DNA from: an uncultured Gemmatimonadota bacterium
GTDB taxonomy: Bacteria; JAAXHH01
Direction of reading: 5' to 3'
Assembly (NCBI GenBank): GCA_951812955.1
Contig: OX638340.1
Span: forward strand, 480,001 to 544,000
Length of the DNA stretch: 64,000 bases
Below the pieces are notes generated by a model that ran no database searches, was not told the origin of the DNA, and worked only from the letters and a program-made list of their open reading frames with translations. The position numbers were made by a program, and so were the translations under genes. Shown here one piece after another: positions 33,061-41,190 of this stretch; within the stretch, counting starts at the first letter, position 1, and each line of letters opens with the position of its first letter.

Positions 33061-35253
33061 ATGCCTCTTCTAAGCAAAATACCTAACGAGCTGTACAGCC
33101 TGTTACGGACCAGATTCCCGGCAGACGCGGACAAGGCGGAGCTGATTTTCGCCTGCAGAACGGATCTGGCGCCGGACGGCCGCATCCAGGAATCGATGTT
33201 GCTGGTCACCCGGCGTCACCTGGCGGTAGCCACGCTGTCCGACGGGCAGTGGTCGCTGACGCACTCCTTGCCCCTGGTGGACATCACTGGGCTGAACGTC
33301 GAGCCGCTCGTCGGCGCGAGCGCGCTAATGGCCAAGGTGGACGGCAGGGAGATCAGGCTGCTCCGGTATTCCCATGCGGTGGCCCAGGACATGTCGGACG
33401 CTGTCGAGTCCCTGTTGCATCTGATCGGTCCCGATGGCAGTCCGGACCATACGGAGCCCGTTATAGAAGACCCGGTTCCGGACTGGTCGAGCCGCGAGGC
33501 TCACCTGCGCACGTTCCGGCGCCTGTGGGCATTCTGCCTGCCGCACTGGCGCACGCTGGTCATCGCCATGGCCGTCACCATCGTGGCATCGGCCATCGAC
33601 CTGTTGCCCCCGTACCTGACCATGATCCTCGTGGACCAGGTCCTGGTGGACATGAGCACCTACATGTATCTTCCGCTGATCGTCGCGCTGCTGGCGGTGT
33701 CCCGTATCGTCCATACCGGAGTGACCGTCGTGAGCGGCAGAATGCTGGCCGTGCTGGGTGACCGGCTGGCCTTCGACGCGCGGTCGGAGTTGCTGAACGT
33801 CCTGCAACTGCTGCCTCTCAAGTACTACGATATGCAGCAGACGGGCGGACTCATGGCCCGTATCGCACGGGACGCCAAGTCGATCCACTACTTCTGGATC
33901 GATTTCGCGCCGCAGGTGATCCAGCAGGGACTGCTGGTAATCGGCATGACCGCGGTGCTTTTCTACCTGAACTGGGAGCTGGCCTTCCTCGTCCTGATCC
34001 CCATTCCCGCCATCATCTTCGCATCGATACACATCAAGCGCTACCTGATGTGGTTTTACGGAAGGTCCTGGGACAGCTGGGCGACCTTTTTCGAACGGGT
34101 CAACGACGCGCTGGCCGGCATCCGGGTCGTGAAGATCTTCGCCCAGGAGAAACGGCAAAGCCGGGACATGCATCTCGAGAACGAGAAGGTGTTTACGGCC
34201 GAACGCAACATACACGTCCGATCACGCACGGTGCGCCCCCTCCTCGCCTTCATCGTGTCCGTGGGCGGGCTCCTCGTCTGGTGGTATGGCGGGAGACAGG
34301 TTCAATCGGCGGAAATGACCATCGGCATGCTGATGGCCTTCTTCCTCTACCTGAGCATGTTCTACAATCCCGTGCAGCAACTGACCAGCATGGCCGACTG
34401 GATTCCCGAGATGATGACGGCCATAACCCGCACCTTCGAGGTCATCGACAGTCCCATCGAGGACTATACGCCAGGCGAGACCGTCGACGTGCCCCGTTTC
34501 GAGGGACGCCTGGAGCTGCAGGACGTCAACTTCGGCTACGTGGCGCACCAGCCCGTGCTAAAAGGGATCAACCTGCACGTCGAACCGGGCGAGATGATCG
34601 GGCTCGTGGGACACTCGGGCGCGGGCAAGTCCACCCTCATCAAGCTGATGTGCCGCTTCTACGACGTCGATGGGGGCGGGATACTCATCGATGGGATCGA
34701 CGTTCGACGGATGGACCTGATGCAGCTGCGCAGCCAGATCGGGTACGTGGAGCAGGATCCCTTTCTGTTCTCCGGGTCCGTGACCGACAATATCCGCTTC
34801 GGCAACCGGGAAGCGTCCCGGGAGGAGATCATCGAGGCCGCCATCAACGCGAACGCCCACGAATTCATCGTCAAGCTGCCTGATGGTTACGATACGCCCG
34901 TAGGCGAACGGGGCGGCAGACTGTCCGGCGGTGAGCGTCAGCGCGTCGCGATCGCACGGGCCATCCTGCACGATCCGCGGATCCTGATTCTCGACGAACC
35001 TACGTCGGCCCTCGACCTGGAAACGGAGAAGAAGATCCAGGAAGCCCTGGGACGGCTCATGGAGGGCCGCACGACGCTCGCCATAGCCCACCGGCTGTCC
35101 ACCCTGAGAGACGCCGACCGGCTGCTCGTACTCAAGAACGGAGAGCCGGTGGAACTGGGTACCCACGAAGAGCTGCTGAACCGGCAAGGCGAGTACTACC
35201 GGCTGGTCCAGTTGCACACCAACGTCTCCAGCATCGTGGGCGTGGAGGGGTAA
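33061..35253 (+). CDS. ABC transporter fused permease/ATPase (type I exporter fold) with an extra N-terminal soluble domain of about 150 aa
   Basis: It has six-helix TMD and NBD motifs: Walker A GHSGAGKST, signature LSGGERQR, Walker B ILILDE and an H-loop. Residues 1 to about 150 precede the first TM helix and are hydrophilic. Confidence 0.85.
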   Translation: MPLLSKIPNELYSLLRTRFPADADKAELIFACRTDLAPDGRIQESMLLVTRRHLAVATLSDGQWSLTHSLPLVDITGLNVEPLVGASALMAKVDGREIRLLRYSHAVAQDMSDAVESLLHLIGPDGSPDHTEPVIEDPVPDWSSREAHLRTFRRLWAFCLPHWRTLVIAMAVTIVASAIDLLPPYLTMILVDQVLVDMSTYMYLPLIVALLAVSRIVHTGVTVVSGRMLAVLGDRLAFDARSELLNVLQLLPLKYYDMQQTGGLMARIARDAKSIHYFWIDFAPQVIQQGLLVIGMTAVLFYLNWELAFLVLIPIPAIIFASIHIKRYLMWFYGRSWDSWATFFERVNDALAGIRVVKIFAQEKRQSRDMHLENEKVFTAERNIHVRSRTVRPLLAFIVSVGGLLVWWYGGRQVQSAEMTIGMLMAFFLYLSMFYNPVQQLTSMADWIPEMMTAITRTFEVIDSPIEDYTPGETVDVPRFEGRLELQDVNFGYVAHQPVLKGINLHVEPGEMIGLVGHSGAGKSTLIKLMCRFYDVDGGGILIDGIDVRRMDLMQLRSQIGYVEQDPFLFSGSVTDNIRFGNREASREEIIEAAINANAHEFIVKLPDGYDTPVGERGGRLSGGERQRVAIARAILHDPRILILDEPTSALDLETEKKIQEALGRLMEGRTTLAIAHRLSTLRDADRLLVLKNGEPVELGTHEELLNRQGEYYRLVQLHTNVSSIVGVEG

Positions 35254-35256
35254 GCC

Positions 35257-35736
35257 TTGTCCTTTCTCGATCCGGCCGCCATACGCCTCGAACGGCGCGA
35301 AGAACAGCCGCCAACGTTGTCCATCGCGGGCGACCTGTTCTTCAACGTCAAAATCCGTCAGGCCTTTCCGCTCTCCTTCGAAAGCCGGTACATTACTTTC
35401 TTTGATCAGGAAGATGAATATCTGGGGATCGTGGCCGACCCGGAAGCCTGCGACGAGGATACCTGTCGGATTATCCGTGATGAAATCGAATGGCGCTATT
35501 TCCGGCCGAGGATAGAGCGCGTCCTGGAAATGGAAGGCCGGGGTGGCACGTCCATATTCTCGGTGGAGACGGACCGGGGCGCGGTAAAGATCCCGATGCG
35601 GGACCTCAGGGAAGGCATGATGGAGTTGTCGCCTGGCCGAATCCTGATCACGGACGAGCACGGCAACCGGTACGAGATCCCCGACCTCGACCGGCTGGAT
35701 CGACGGAGCCGCCGCCTGATCCGCCGCCTGATCTGA
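35257..35736 (+). CDS. DUF1854-like small cytoplasmic protein coupled to the ABC exporter gene
   Basis: A 159-aa protein whose start codon is 4 nt after the ABC gene stop. The family call is from memory of DUF1854 proteins, which follow ABC ATPase/permease genes. Confidence 0.45.
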   Translation: MSFLDPAAIRLERREEQPPTLSIAGDLFFNVKIRQAFPLSFESRYITFFDQEDEYLGIVADPEACDEDTCRIIRDEIEWRYFRPRIERVLEMEGRGGTSIFSVETDRGAVKIPMRDLREGMMELSPGRILITDEHGNRYEIPDLDRLDRRSRRLIRRLI

Positions 35737-35740
35737 CGAC

Positions 35741-36160
35741 TTAACCCATCAGAATCGGCACAATCTTCGCATAGGCCGTCTTGAACCCGAGCACGGCCAG
35801 GTAGATCCCAACGCCCAGCAGGACCATCAGAATGGTGCCGATCGCGACCAGGAGCGGTTTGCTGCTGGCGAACCGTAGCTTGAGCCGTTCCACCTTGGCG
35901 TAGATATCGGGGTACTTCTGTTCCAGGCGGGACAGTATGCGTCTGGCGAAGGCGTTGCGCGTGGACAGGATCGTCAGCCCGATGACGATGAACAGCACGC
36001 CCTGCAACAGGGGCAGGAGAAGGCCCAGGACCCCAAGGACGAGAAAGGTCCATCCGAGAACGGACTGGGCCATGCGAAAGAGTAGTTTCTGTTCTATCTG
36101 CTTGAATCCAATCTCTTGACGGTATATCCAGTCAGTTAACGGTACGCCCAGTCGCAGCAA
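35741..36160 (-). CDS. Small membrane protein, PGPGW/YbaN(DUF454)-like
   Basis: A 139-aa protein with two hydrophobic helices. The motif LGW..LVLGVLGLLLPLLQGVLFIVIGLTILS resembles the PGPGW-family pattern, with PLLQG in place of PGPGW. Confidence 0.45.
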   Translation of the reverse strand: MLRLGVPLTDWIYRQEIGFKQIEQKLLFRMAQSVLGWTFLVLGVLGLLLPLLQGVLFIVIGLTILSTRNAFARRILSRLEQKYPDIYAKVERLKLRFASSKPLLVAIGTILMVLLGVGIYLAVLGFKTAYAKIVPILMG

Positions 36161-36162
36161 GA

Positions 36163-36483
36163 TCAGTCAAGAAAAGCGAGGGCTTCCCGCATTTCTTCCA
36201 GGTCCTTGGCGTCGCCCTGGCGTTCCGCAACGACAATACCCCGTTCATAACATCTGCGGGCTTCTTCCTCCTGGTCCAGCTGTTCGTAAACTCGACCGGC
36301 CTGGTGATAGCCCACCGTATAGTCCGGCGACGCATCCATGAGCCGTTCCAGGATCCCCACCGCTTCTTCGAGCCGGTTCGAACTCACATATTCCAGCGCG
36401 ATCGCATACTGAATAAAGGGATCGCCGGGATCCTTCCGGGCGAGCAGTTCAAGCTGTTCGAGCCGTTCATTCATGCCGCACAT
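36163..36483 (-). CDS. Tetratricopeptide-repeat protein
   Basis: A 106-aa protein with TPR-like helical hairpins: AIALEY...EEAVGILERL and GYHQAGRVYEQLDQEEEARRCYERGI. Confidence 0.6.
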   Translation of the reverse strand: MCGMNERLEQLELLARKDPGDPFIQYAIALEYVSSNRLEEAVGILERLMDASPDYTVGYHQAGRVYEQLDQEEEARRCYERGIVVAERQGDAKDLEEMREALAFLD

Positions 36484-36499
36484 CCTGTATTAGCGCATC

Positions 36500-37270
36500 C
36501 TAAATCAGCGAACGGGACTGGCATCCGTCCACGTTGACACAGGCGCCCGTTACCCAACTCGCCCGGTCGGATGACAGGAAAACCACCACGTCCGCGATCT
36601 CTTCGGGCTTGCCGAATCGTCCGGCCGGGAGTTCCTGTTCCACGAACTTTCCAATCCCCTCGGGGTCCGCGTCCAGCCGTTTCTGCCAGTTTCCACCGGG
36701 GAATATCACCGAGCCCGGCGCCACCGTGTTCACGCGGATTCCTGTATTGGCCACTTCCTTGGCAAGCGTCTTTCCCATGGAGATCTCCGCGGCCTTGGTG
36801 GCGTTGTAGGTGGCGGGCCCGCCTGCTTCGCGGCCGAAGATCGAGGATATGGTGATGATCGATCCGCGCTCGCGGGTACGCATCGACGGGAGCACCGCCC
36901 GCGTCGCCCGTACGGCGGCGAACATGTTCAAGTTGAACACGTACAGCCATTCGTCATCGGAAACATCGTCGAAAGGGTTCCAGACGCTGCCGCCCACGTT
37001 GTTGACCAGGATATCGATGCGTCCCCAGCGGTCCAGGGTGGCTTTCACGATCCTGTCGATTCCTTCGGCCGTGGTCAGGTCCCCTGCCGTCGCCAGCGTT
37101 TCGACGCCCTTTTGTGCGACTTCCCGTTCGGTCTCAAGCAGCCGCTCTTCCCCCCTGGCGCTCAGGCTGACGTGGCATCCCTCGTCCGCGAAGCCCAGGG
37201 CGATCGATCGTCCGATGCCCCGGCTCGAGCCGGTTACCAGGGCGACTTTGTCCTTCAGACCCAGATCCAT
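36500..37270 (-). CDS. SDR-family oxidoreductase (FabG-like)
   Basis: It carries TGSSRGIG cofactor motif, NNVG, and the catalytic S...Y..AK triad. Confidence 0.85.
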   Translation of the reverse strand: MDLGLKDKVALVTGSSRGIGRSIALGFADEGCHVSLSARGEERLLETEREVAQKGVETLATAGDLTTAEGIDRIVKATLDRWGRIDILVNNVGGSVWNPFDDVSDDEWLYVFNLNMFAAVRATRAVLPSMRTRERGSIITISSIFGREAGGPATYNATKAAEISMGKTLAKEVANTGIRVNTVAPGSVIFPGGNWQKRLDADPEGIGKFVEQELPAGRFGKPEEIADVVVFLSSDRASWVTGACVNVDGCQSRSLI

Positions 37271-37327
37271 TGGAATCCCTTTCGTTAGTGTTCTTTTCGT
37301 TGGTGTCCCCTGGTCGGCAGCGTTTCC

Positions 37328-38353
37328 CTAGTCGACCGGTTCGAACAGTATCTTCATGCCTTCTTTGTTTAAAAGCCGACGGAACGCGTTCTCCCACTCG
37401 AATAAAGGAACCACGTCCGACACGATTGGTTCCAGTTCGATCCTGCGTTGGTCCAGCATTACCATGGTGCGGTCCCAAGCATCCAGGGACCCGGCGAAGG
37501 AGGTCCGTATATCAATTTCCTTCAGTTCCGCCGGAAAGAAATCAACCTCGAACGGGGCGCCATGCAGTCCGATCTGCATAATGGTGCCCTGTTTTCTCAC
37601 CAGTTCGATGGCTGATCGTGTGGCCGCCGCCGACCCTGAACATTCGTAAATCACGTCGGCGCCGTAACCCTGGGTTCGATCCCTGACGAGCCCGAGCAGG
37701 TCGACCTCGTCGATGTTGACGGTTTCGTCCGCCCAGCGCGCGCCGAGTTCGAGCCTCTCCCTATCTTCCGAAGTGCCGGTCAGGATGACGTACGCGCCTT
37801 CCGCTTTCGCCACCTGCGTCGTCAGCATGCCGATGGGACCCGGTCCCGTCACCACCGCCACGTCACCGGCGGCAACGGACGTGCGTATGGAGACGGCCTT
37901 GACGCAGCAGCACAAGGGTTCGCTCAACGCGCCGATGGTGAGGTCCAGATGTTCCGGAATCCTTCGCAACGCCCAGGCCGGCATGACCACGTACTTCGTA
38001 AATACACCATGCACACCGCTGCCGATGGACAGGCGGCTGTCGCACAGACTGTGCTGTCCCGCCGTACAATACCTGCACACGCCGCAGACTACGGTGGTCG
38101 GTATGCCGGTCACCGCGTCGCCCAGGCGGTATTCGTCCGTGTCCGCTACCTCGTCCACGATGCCGGAGAACTCGTGGCCCATGATCACGGGCGGATTGTA
38201 GGGGTATTCGTCCTTGTAAATGTGGATATCGGTGCCACAGATCCCAGCGGCCCGGATTTCCACCCGGACTTCTCCGGGCTTGAGCTCCGGAACCGGCAAC
38301 TCCCGGACTTCCATGTTGACCGGTCCGTGGTCGTATTTGACCAGTCCTTTCAT
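37328..38353 (-). CDS. Zinc-dependent medium-chain alcohol dehydrogenase (threonine/sorbitol dehydrogenase-like)
   Basis: The start is at the ATG at 38351-38353, which has an RBS. It carries GICGTDIH, GHEFSG, a structural Zn C-x2-C-x2-C-x7-C (CGVCRYCTAGQHSLC) and a GxGxxG Rossmann motif. Confidence 0.85.
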   Translation of the reverse strand: MKGLVKYDHGPVNMEVRELPVPELKPGEVRVEIRAAGICGTDIHIYKDEYPYNPPVIMGHEFSGIVDEVADTDEYRLGDAVTGIPTTVVCGVCRYCTAGQHSLCDSRLSIGSGVHGVFTKYVVMPAWALRRIPEHLDLTIGALSEPLCCCVKAVSIRTSVAAGDVAVVTGPGPIGMLTTQVAKAEGAYVILTGTSEDRERLELGARWADETVNIDEVDLLGLVRDRTQGYGADVIYECSGSAAATRSAIELVRKQGTIMQIGLHGAPFEVDFFPAELKEIDIRTSFAGSLDAWDRTMVMLDQRRIELEPIVSDVVPLFEWENAFRRLLNKEGMKILFEPVD

Positions 38354-38516
38354 CCTTCGGATCTCCGCTCCAGCGTTCGTCATCGACAAGGAAGGTTTGA
38401 ATATAGGGCGGCAGGTTTGGGATGACAAGATCAATCAAAGCCGGACTGCCGCAATAAGCCGTTGACAATCCGACAGGCGCATTCTTATGTTGAGCACGGA
38501 CCGGAATCAGGCTCCA

Positions 38517-38589
38517 GCCCCCGTAGCTCAGAGGATAGAGCAGCGGTTTCCTAAACCGTTGGTCGGGTGTTCGACTCACCCCGGGGGTA
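38517..38589 (+). tRNA. tRNA-Arg (anticodon CCU)
   Basis: GCCCCCGTAGCTCAGAGGATAGAGCAGCGGTTTCCTAAACCGTTGGTCGGGTGTTCGACTCACCCCGGGGGTA folds as a cloverleaf. The anticodon loop is UUCCUAA and there is a GTTCGACTC T-arm. The first acceptor pair is G1-U72, which is unusual, so the ends may be off by a base. Confidence 0.7.
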
Positions 38590-38646
38590 TTCCCGGTCCC
38601 CGCCTGTATCAACCTGATCCCGACGCACGCAACGCAGGAGGTCGTC

Positions 38647-39948
38647 ATGTCCGATCTGTCCCGGTACATCCACGAGACACCACTCATCGACACACACGAG
38701 CATCTAAGGTTTGAAGAGGATTGGGTCGCCCACGGACCGGACGTGCTGCAGGATCTCTTCGAGAACTATGTCCCGGCTGATCTCGTGGTCGCCGGCGCGT
38801 CACAGGAAGCGGTCGATGTCCTACTGGATCCCGGTAAGGGAGACGTGTCGGCGCGCTTCGAACCGATCCGGAATGCCTGGGAGGCCGTGAAGCACACGGG
38901 ATACGGCGAAGCGGTACGCATTCTTGCGGAAGACGTATACGGCATGGCTGAAATCACGATCGACGGGCTGGTCGCGGCGCAGGCCGAGAACGACAGGTTG
39001 CGGTCACCGGGCCAACGGTTAGCCCTGTTGCGGAACCGCGCGGGCCTGGACCACGTGCAGATCGACAACTTCGTCTGGGCCTGCGAGCCGGACGTTTCCG
39101 GACCGGAATTCTTCCTCTACGATCTTTCGTGGGTGGGATTCTGCAATGGCGAGGTGCCCGTGGAGAAAATCGCGGAGGAAACGGGGATTACCGTGGACAG
39201 CCTGGGCAGTCTGCGCGAAGCCATGGCCGCGCTCTTCGCGAAATTCGGTCCCCACGCCATCGCGGTCAAGGCGCAGCACGCCTATTCCAGGACGCTCCGG
39301 TGGGAGGAACGGAGCGACGAAGAAGCGGCACGGGCCCTGGAAATCGTCCTGAAGGACCCCGGCAACCCGCCGGAGGAAGCCGCGCTGTGCCTGGGAGACT
39401 GGGGTTGGGCGCGTGGCGTGGAACTTTCCATCGAACACAATCTCCCGTTCAAGATCCACACGGGCTACTACGCGGGACACAGCCGGATGCCGGTGGACCG
39501 CATCAAGAGCGGTAACCTCTGCGGATTGCTGGCCCGGTACCTCGATGCCCGGTTCGTGCTGATGCACATCGCCTATCCCTACAGCCACGAACTGATCGCC
39601 CTCGCCAAGCACTACCCGAACGTCTGGGTGGACCTCTGCTGGGCCTGGTCCATCGATCCGTACAGTTCCTGCGATTTCGTCCGCCGATTCATCCACGCCG
39701 TCCCGATCAACAAGCTCTTCGCCTTCGGCGGCGACACCGGTTGGCCCACCAGTGCCTACGCCTACGCCGTACAGGCCCGGAAATGGCTGGCCAGCGCTTT
39801 GGAAGCCGAGGTTAGCGACGGCCTCCTCACCGAGAAACAGGCGATGGACGTGGCGCTCCGGCTCATGCAGACCAACCAGCGGGACTGCTTCGATATCGAG
39901 GGAACTCGGGGGCAAATCGCGCGGACGATGGCATCCGCCACGACCTAA
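38647..39948 (+). CDS. Amidohydrolase-2 family (TIM-barrel metal-dependent hydrolase)
   Basis: A 433-aa protein with an N-terminal IDTHEHL (HxH) motif, a central H, and a C-terminal D of the amidohydrolase_2 fold. Confidence 0.7.
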   Translation: MSDLSRYIHETPLIDTHEHLRFEEDWVAHGPDVLQDLFENYVPADLVVAGASQEAVDVLLDPGKGDVSARFEPIRNAWEAVKHTGYGEAVRILAEDVYGMAEITIDGLVAAQAENDRLRSPGQRLALLRNRAGLDHVQIDNFVWACEPDVSGPEFFLYDLSWVGFCNGEVPVEKIAEETGITVDSLGSLREAMAALFAKFGPHAIAVKAQHAYSRTLRWEERSDEEAARALEIVLKDPGNPPEEAALCLGDWGWARGVELSIEHNLPFKIHTGYYAGHSRMPVDRIKSGNLCGLLARYLDARFVLMHIAYPYSHELIALAKHYPNVWVDLCWAWSIDPYSSCDFVRRFIHAVPINKLFAFGGDTGWPTSAYAYAVQARKWLASALEAEVSDGLLTEKQAMDVALRLMQTNQRDCFDIEGTRGQIARTMASATT

Positions 39949-40001
39949 AAACGGGTTGCGTCCAGGGCTATTGAAGCTTATATTGTCAGCGGATTTAACA
40001 G

Positions 40002-40074
40002 GCCACGATAGCTCAGCTGGTAGAGCAATTCATTCGTAATGAATAGGTCGTCGGTTCGAGTCCGACTCGTGGCT
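40002..40074 (+). tRNA. tRNA-Thr (anticodon CGU)
   Basis: GCCACGATAGCTCAGCTGGTAGAGCAATTCATTCGTAATGAATAGGTCGTCGGTTCGAGTCCGACTCGTGGCT has a perfect 7-bp acceptor stem, U8 A9, and a GTTCGAGTC T-arm. The anticodon loop is UUCGUAA. Confidence 0.8.
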
Positions 40075-40270
40075 TTCTTCCGCAGTCTGGTTCCCATAAA
40101 GATCACCTCGCATCATCCGTCTTCCCGGCAAAAAGACGTTCGAAGTCTTCGAACGATCCGCTCTGCCGTACCGGACGAGCCACAGTACCCGGTAAACAGA
40201 CTCCGTAAAACCTAACCAACCTCTTTCCTTCTTTCGTGAGAAGGATTTAGGGGTTTTCTCTATGCGGTAC

Positions 40271-41014
40271 CTACGATTTCTCTCTGTCCTGTTCGGCCCT
40301 GGCCTTTGACAGTGCCGACGCGATTATTCCCGATGGAATCGCAATGACACCTAATCCGATCATCAGGAGGATGAATGTGAAAATCCTTCCCCCTCCGGTC
40401 ACCGGATATGTATCGCCGTAACCCACGGTAGTCAATGTTACAACCGCCCACCACAGTCCATCCAGCACCGAACCGAATTTACCTGGCTGTACGGCGCTTT
40501 CAAAATACCAGATTCCCGCCGCCGCCAGGTAAATCAGTATCACGGACAGGACTGCGAACATTATGATTTCTTCCTTCACGATGACGACGGCTCGCTGTAA
40601 TCGATCTACCGCCTGGTTGTATCTGAACAGTCTGATAATCCTGAAGATACGCAATACACGAACGACGCGAAGTATTCGGCCGTCGACGTAACCAAAGCCG
40701 ATCAACATTAGGTAAAATGGCAGGATAGCTAACAGATCTATGATTCCATAGAAACTAAAAACATATTGCGTTCTGTTGTATGCAACAAAGCATCGCAAGC
40801 AGTATTCGAATGTGAATAACACGACGGTAATGGTTTCCACTAAATGGAGGAAAGACTGAGTCTGGCCGGTTATACCAGGGATTGTTCTTAACGTAAATGT
40901 GATCAGAGATAACAAGATCATGCCAAGTATGAAATCGTCAAACGTACGGCCCTGCCATGAGTCTCGACGTTCGACCACATGCCTGATTCGTTCAATGTAT
41001 GTTGTCTGGTTCAT
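40271..41014 (-). CDS. Voltage-gated potassium channel (6TM Kv-like)
   Basis: It has an S4 voltage sensor (RILRVVRVLRIFRIIRLFR), a pore helix, and the K+ selectivity filter TVGYGD. The gene is visibly lower in G+C than its surroundings. Confidence 0.85.
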   Translation of the reverse strand: MNQTTYIERIRHVVERRDSWQGRTFDDFILGMILLSLITFTLRTIPGITGQTQSFLHLVETITVVLFTFEYCLRCFVAYNRTQYVFSFYGIIDLLAILPFYLMLIGFGYVDGRILRVVRVLRIFRIIRLFRYNQAVDRLQRAVVIVKEEIIMFAVLSVILIYLAAAGIWYFESAVQPGKFGSVLDGLWWAVVTLTTVGYGDTYPVTGGGRIFTFILLMIGLGVIAIPSGIIASALSKARAEQDREKS

Positions 41015-41190
41015 GTCCTTCCCTCCAGGTCTGGATTCACGTCCAGGACAGTGTGAACGCGTTTCTCACCCTCGTCGATTACGAATATGTCCTTGTCTAT
41101 GAAGGTCGGTAACCGGTTAAGTGGCCGGGGCGACTGCTGCAGAGCGTGGATCGAACTTGGTGAAATCGATTGTTGCACTTGGGGTTACAA

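Noticed and set aside
38517-38589. tRNA-Arg with a G1-U72 acceptor pair as a possible pseudo-tRNA.
   Set aside because: All other stems and invariant positions are intact: U8, A9 by position, GTTCGA T-loop and a 7-nt anticodon loop. A wobble first pair is tolerated. The more likely issue is boundary placement, not loss of function.
38487-38714. A 75-aa ORF overlapping tRNA-Arg.
   Set aside because: It coincides with the tRNA cloverleaf. It has no RBS or protein signature.
40075-41190. An integrative mobile element at tRNA-Thr.
   Set aside because: No integrase, excisionase, or repeated copy of the tRNA 3' end is visible within the window. Only compositional deviation supports foreign origin, so it is reported as a finding, not a mobile_element feature.
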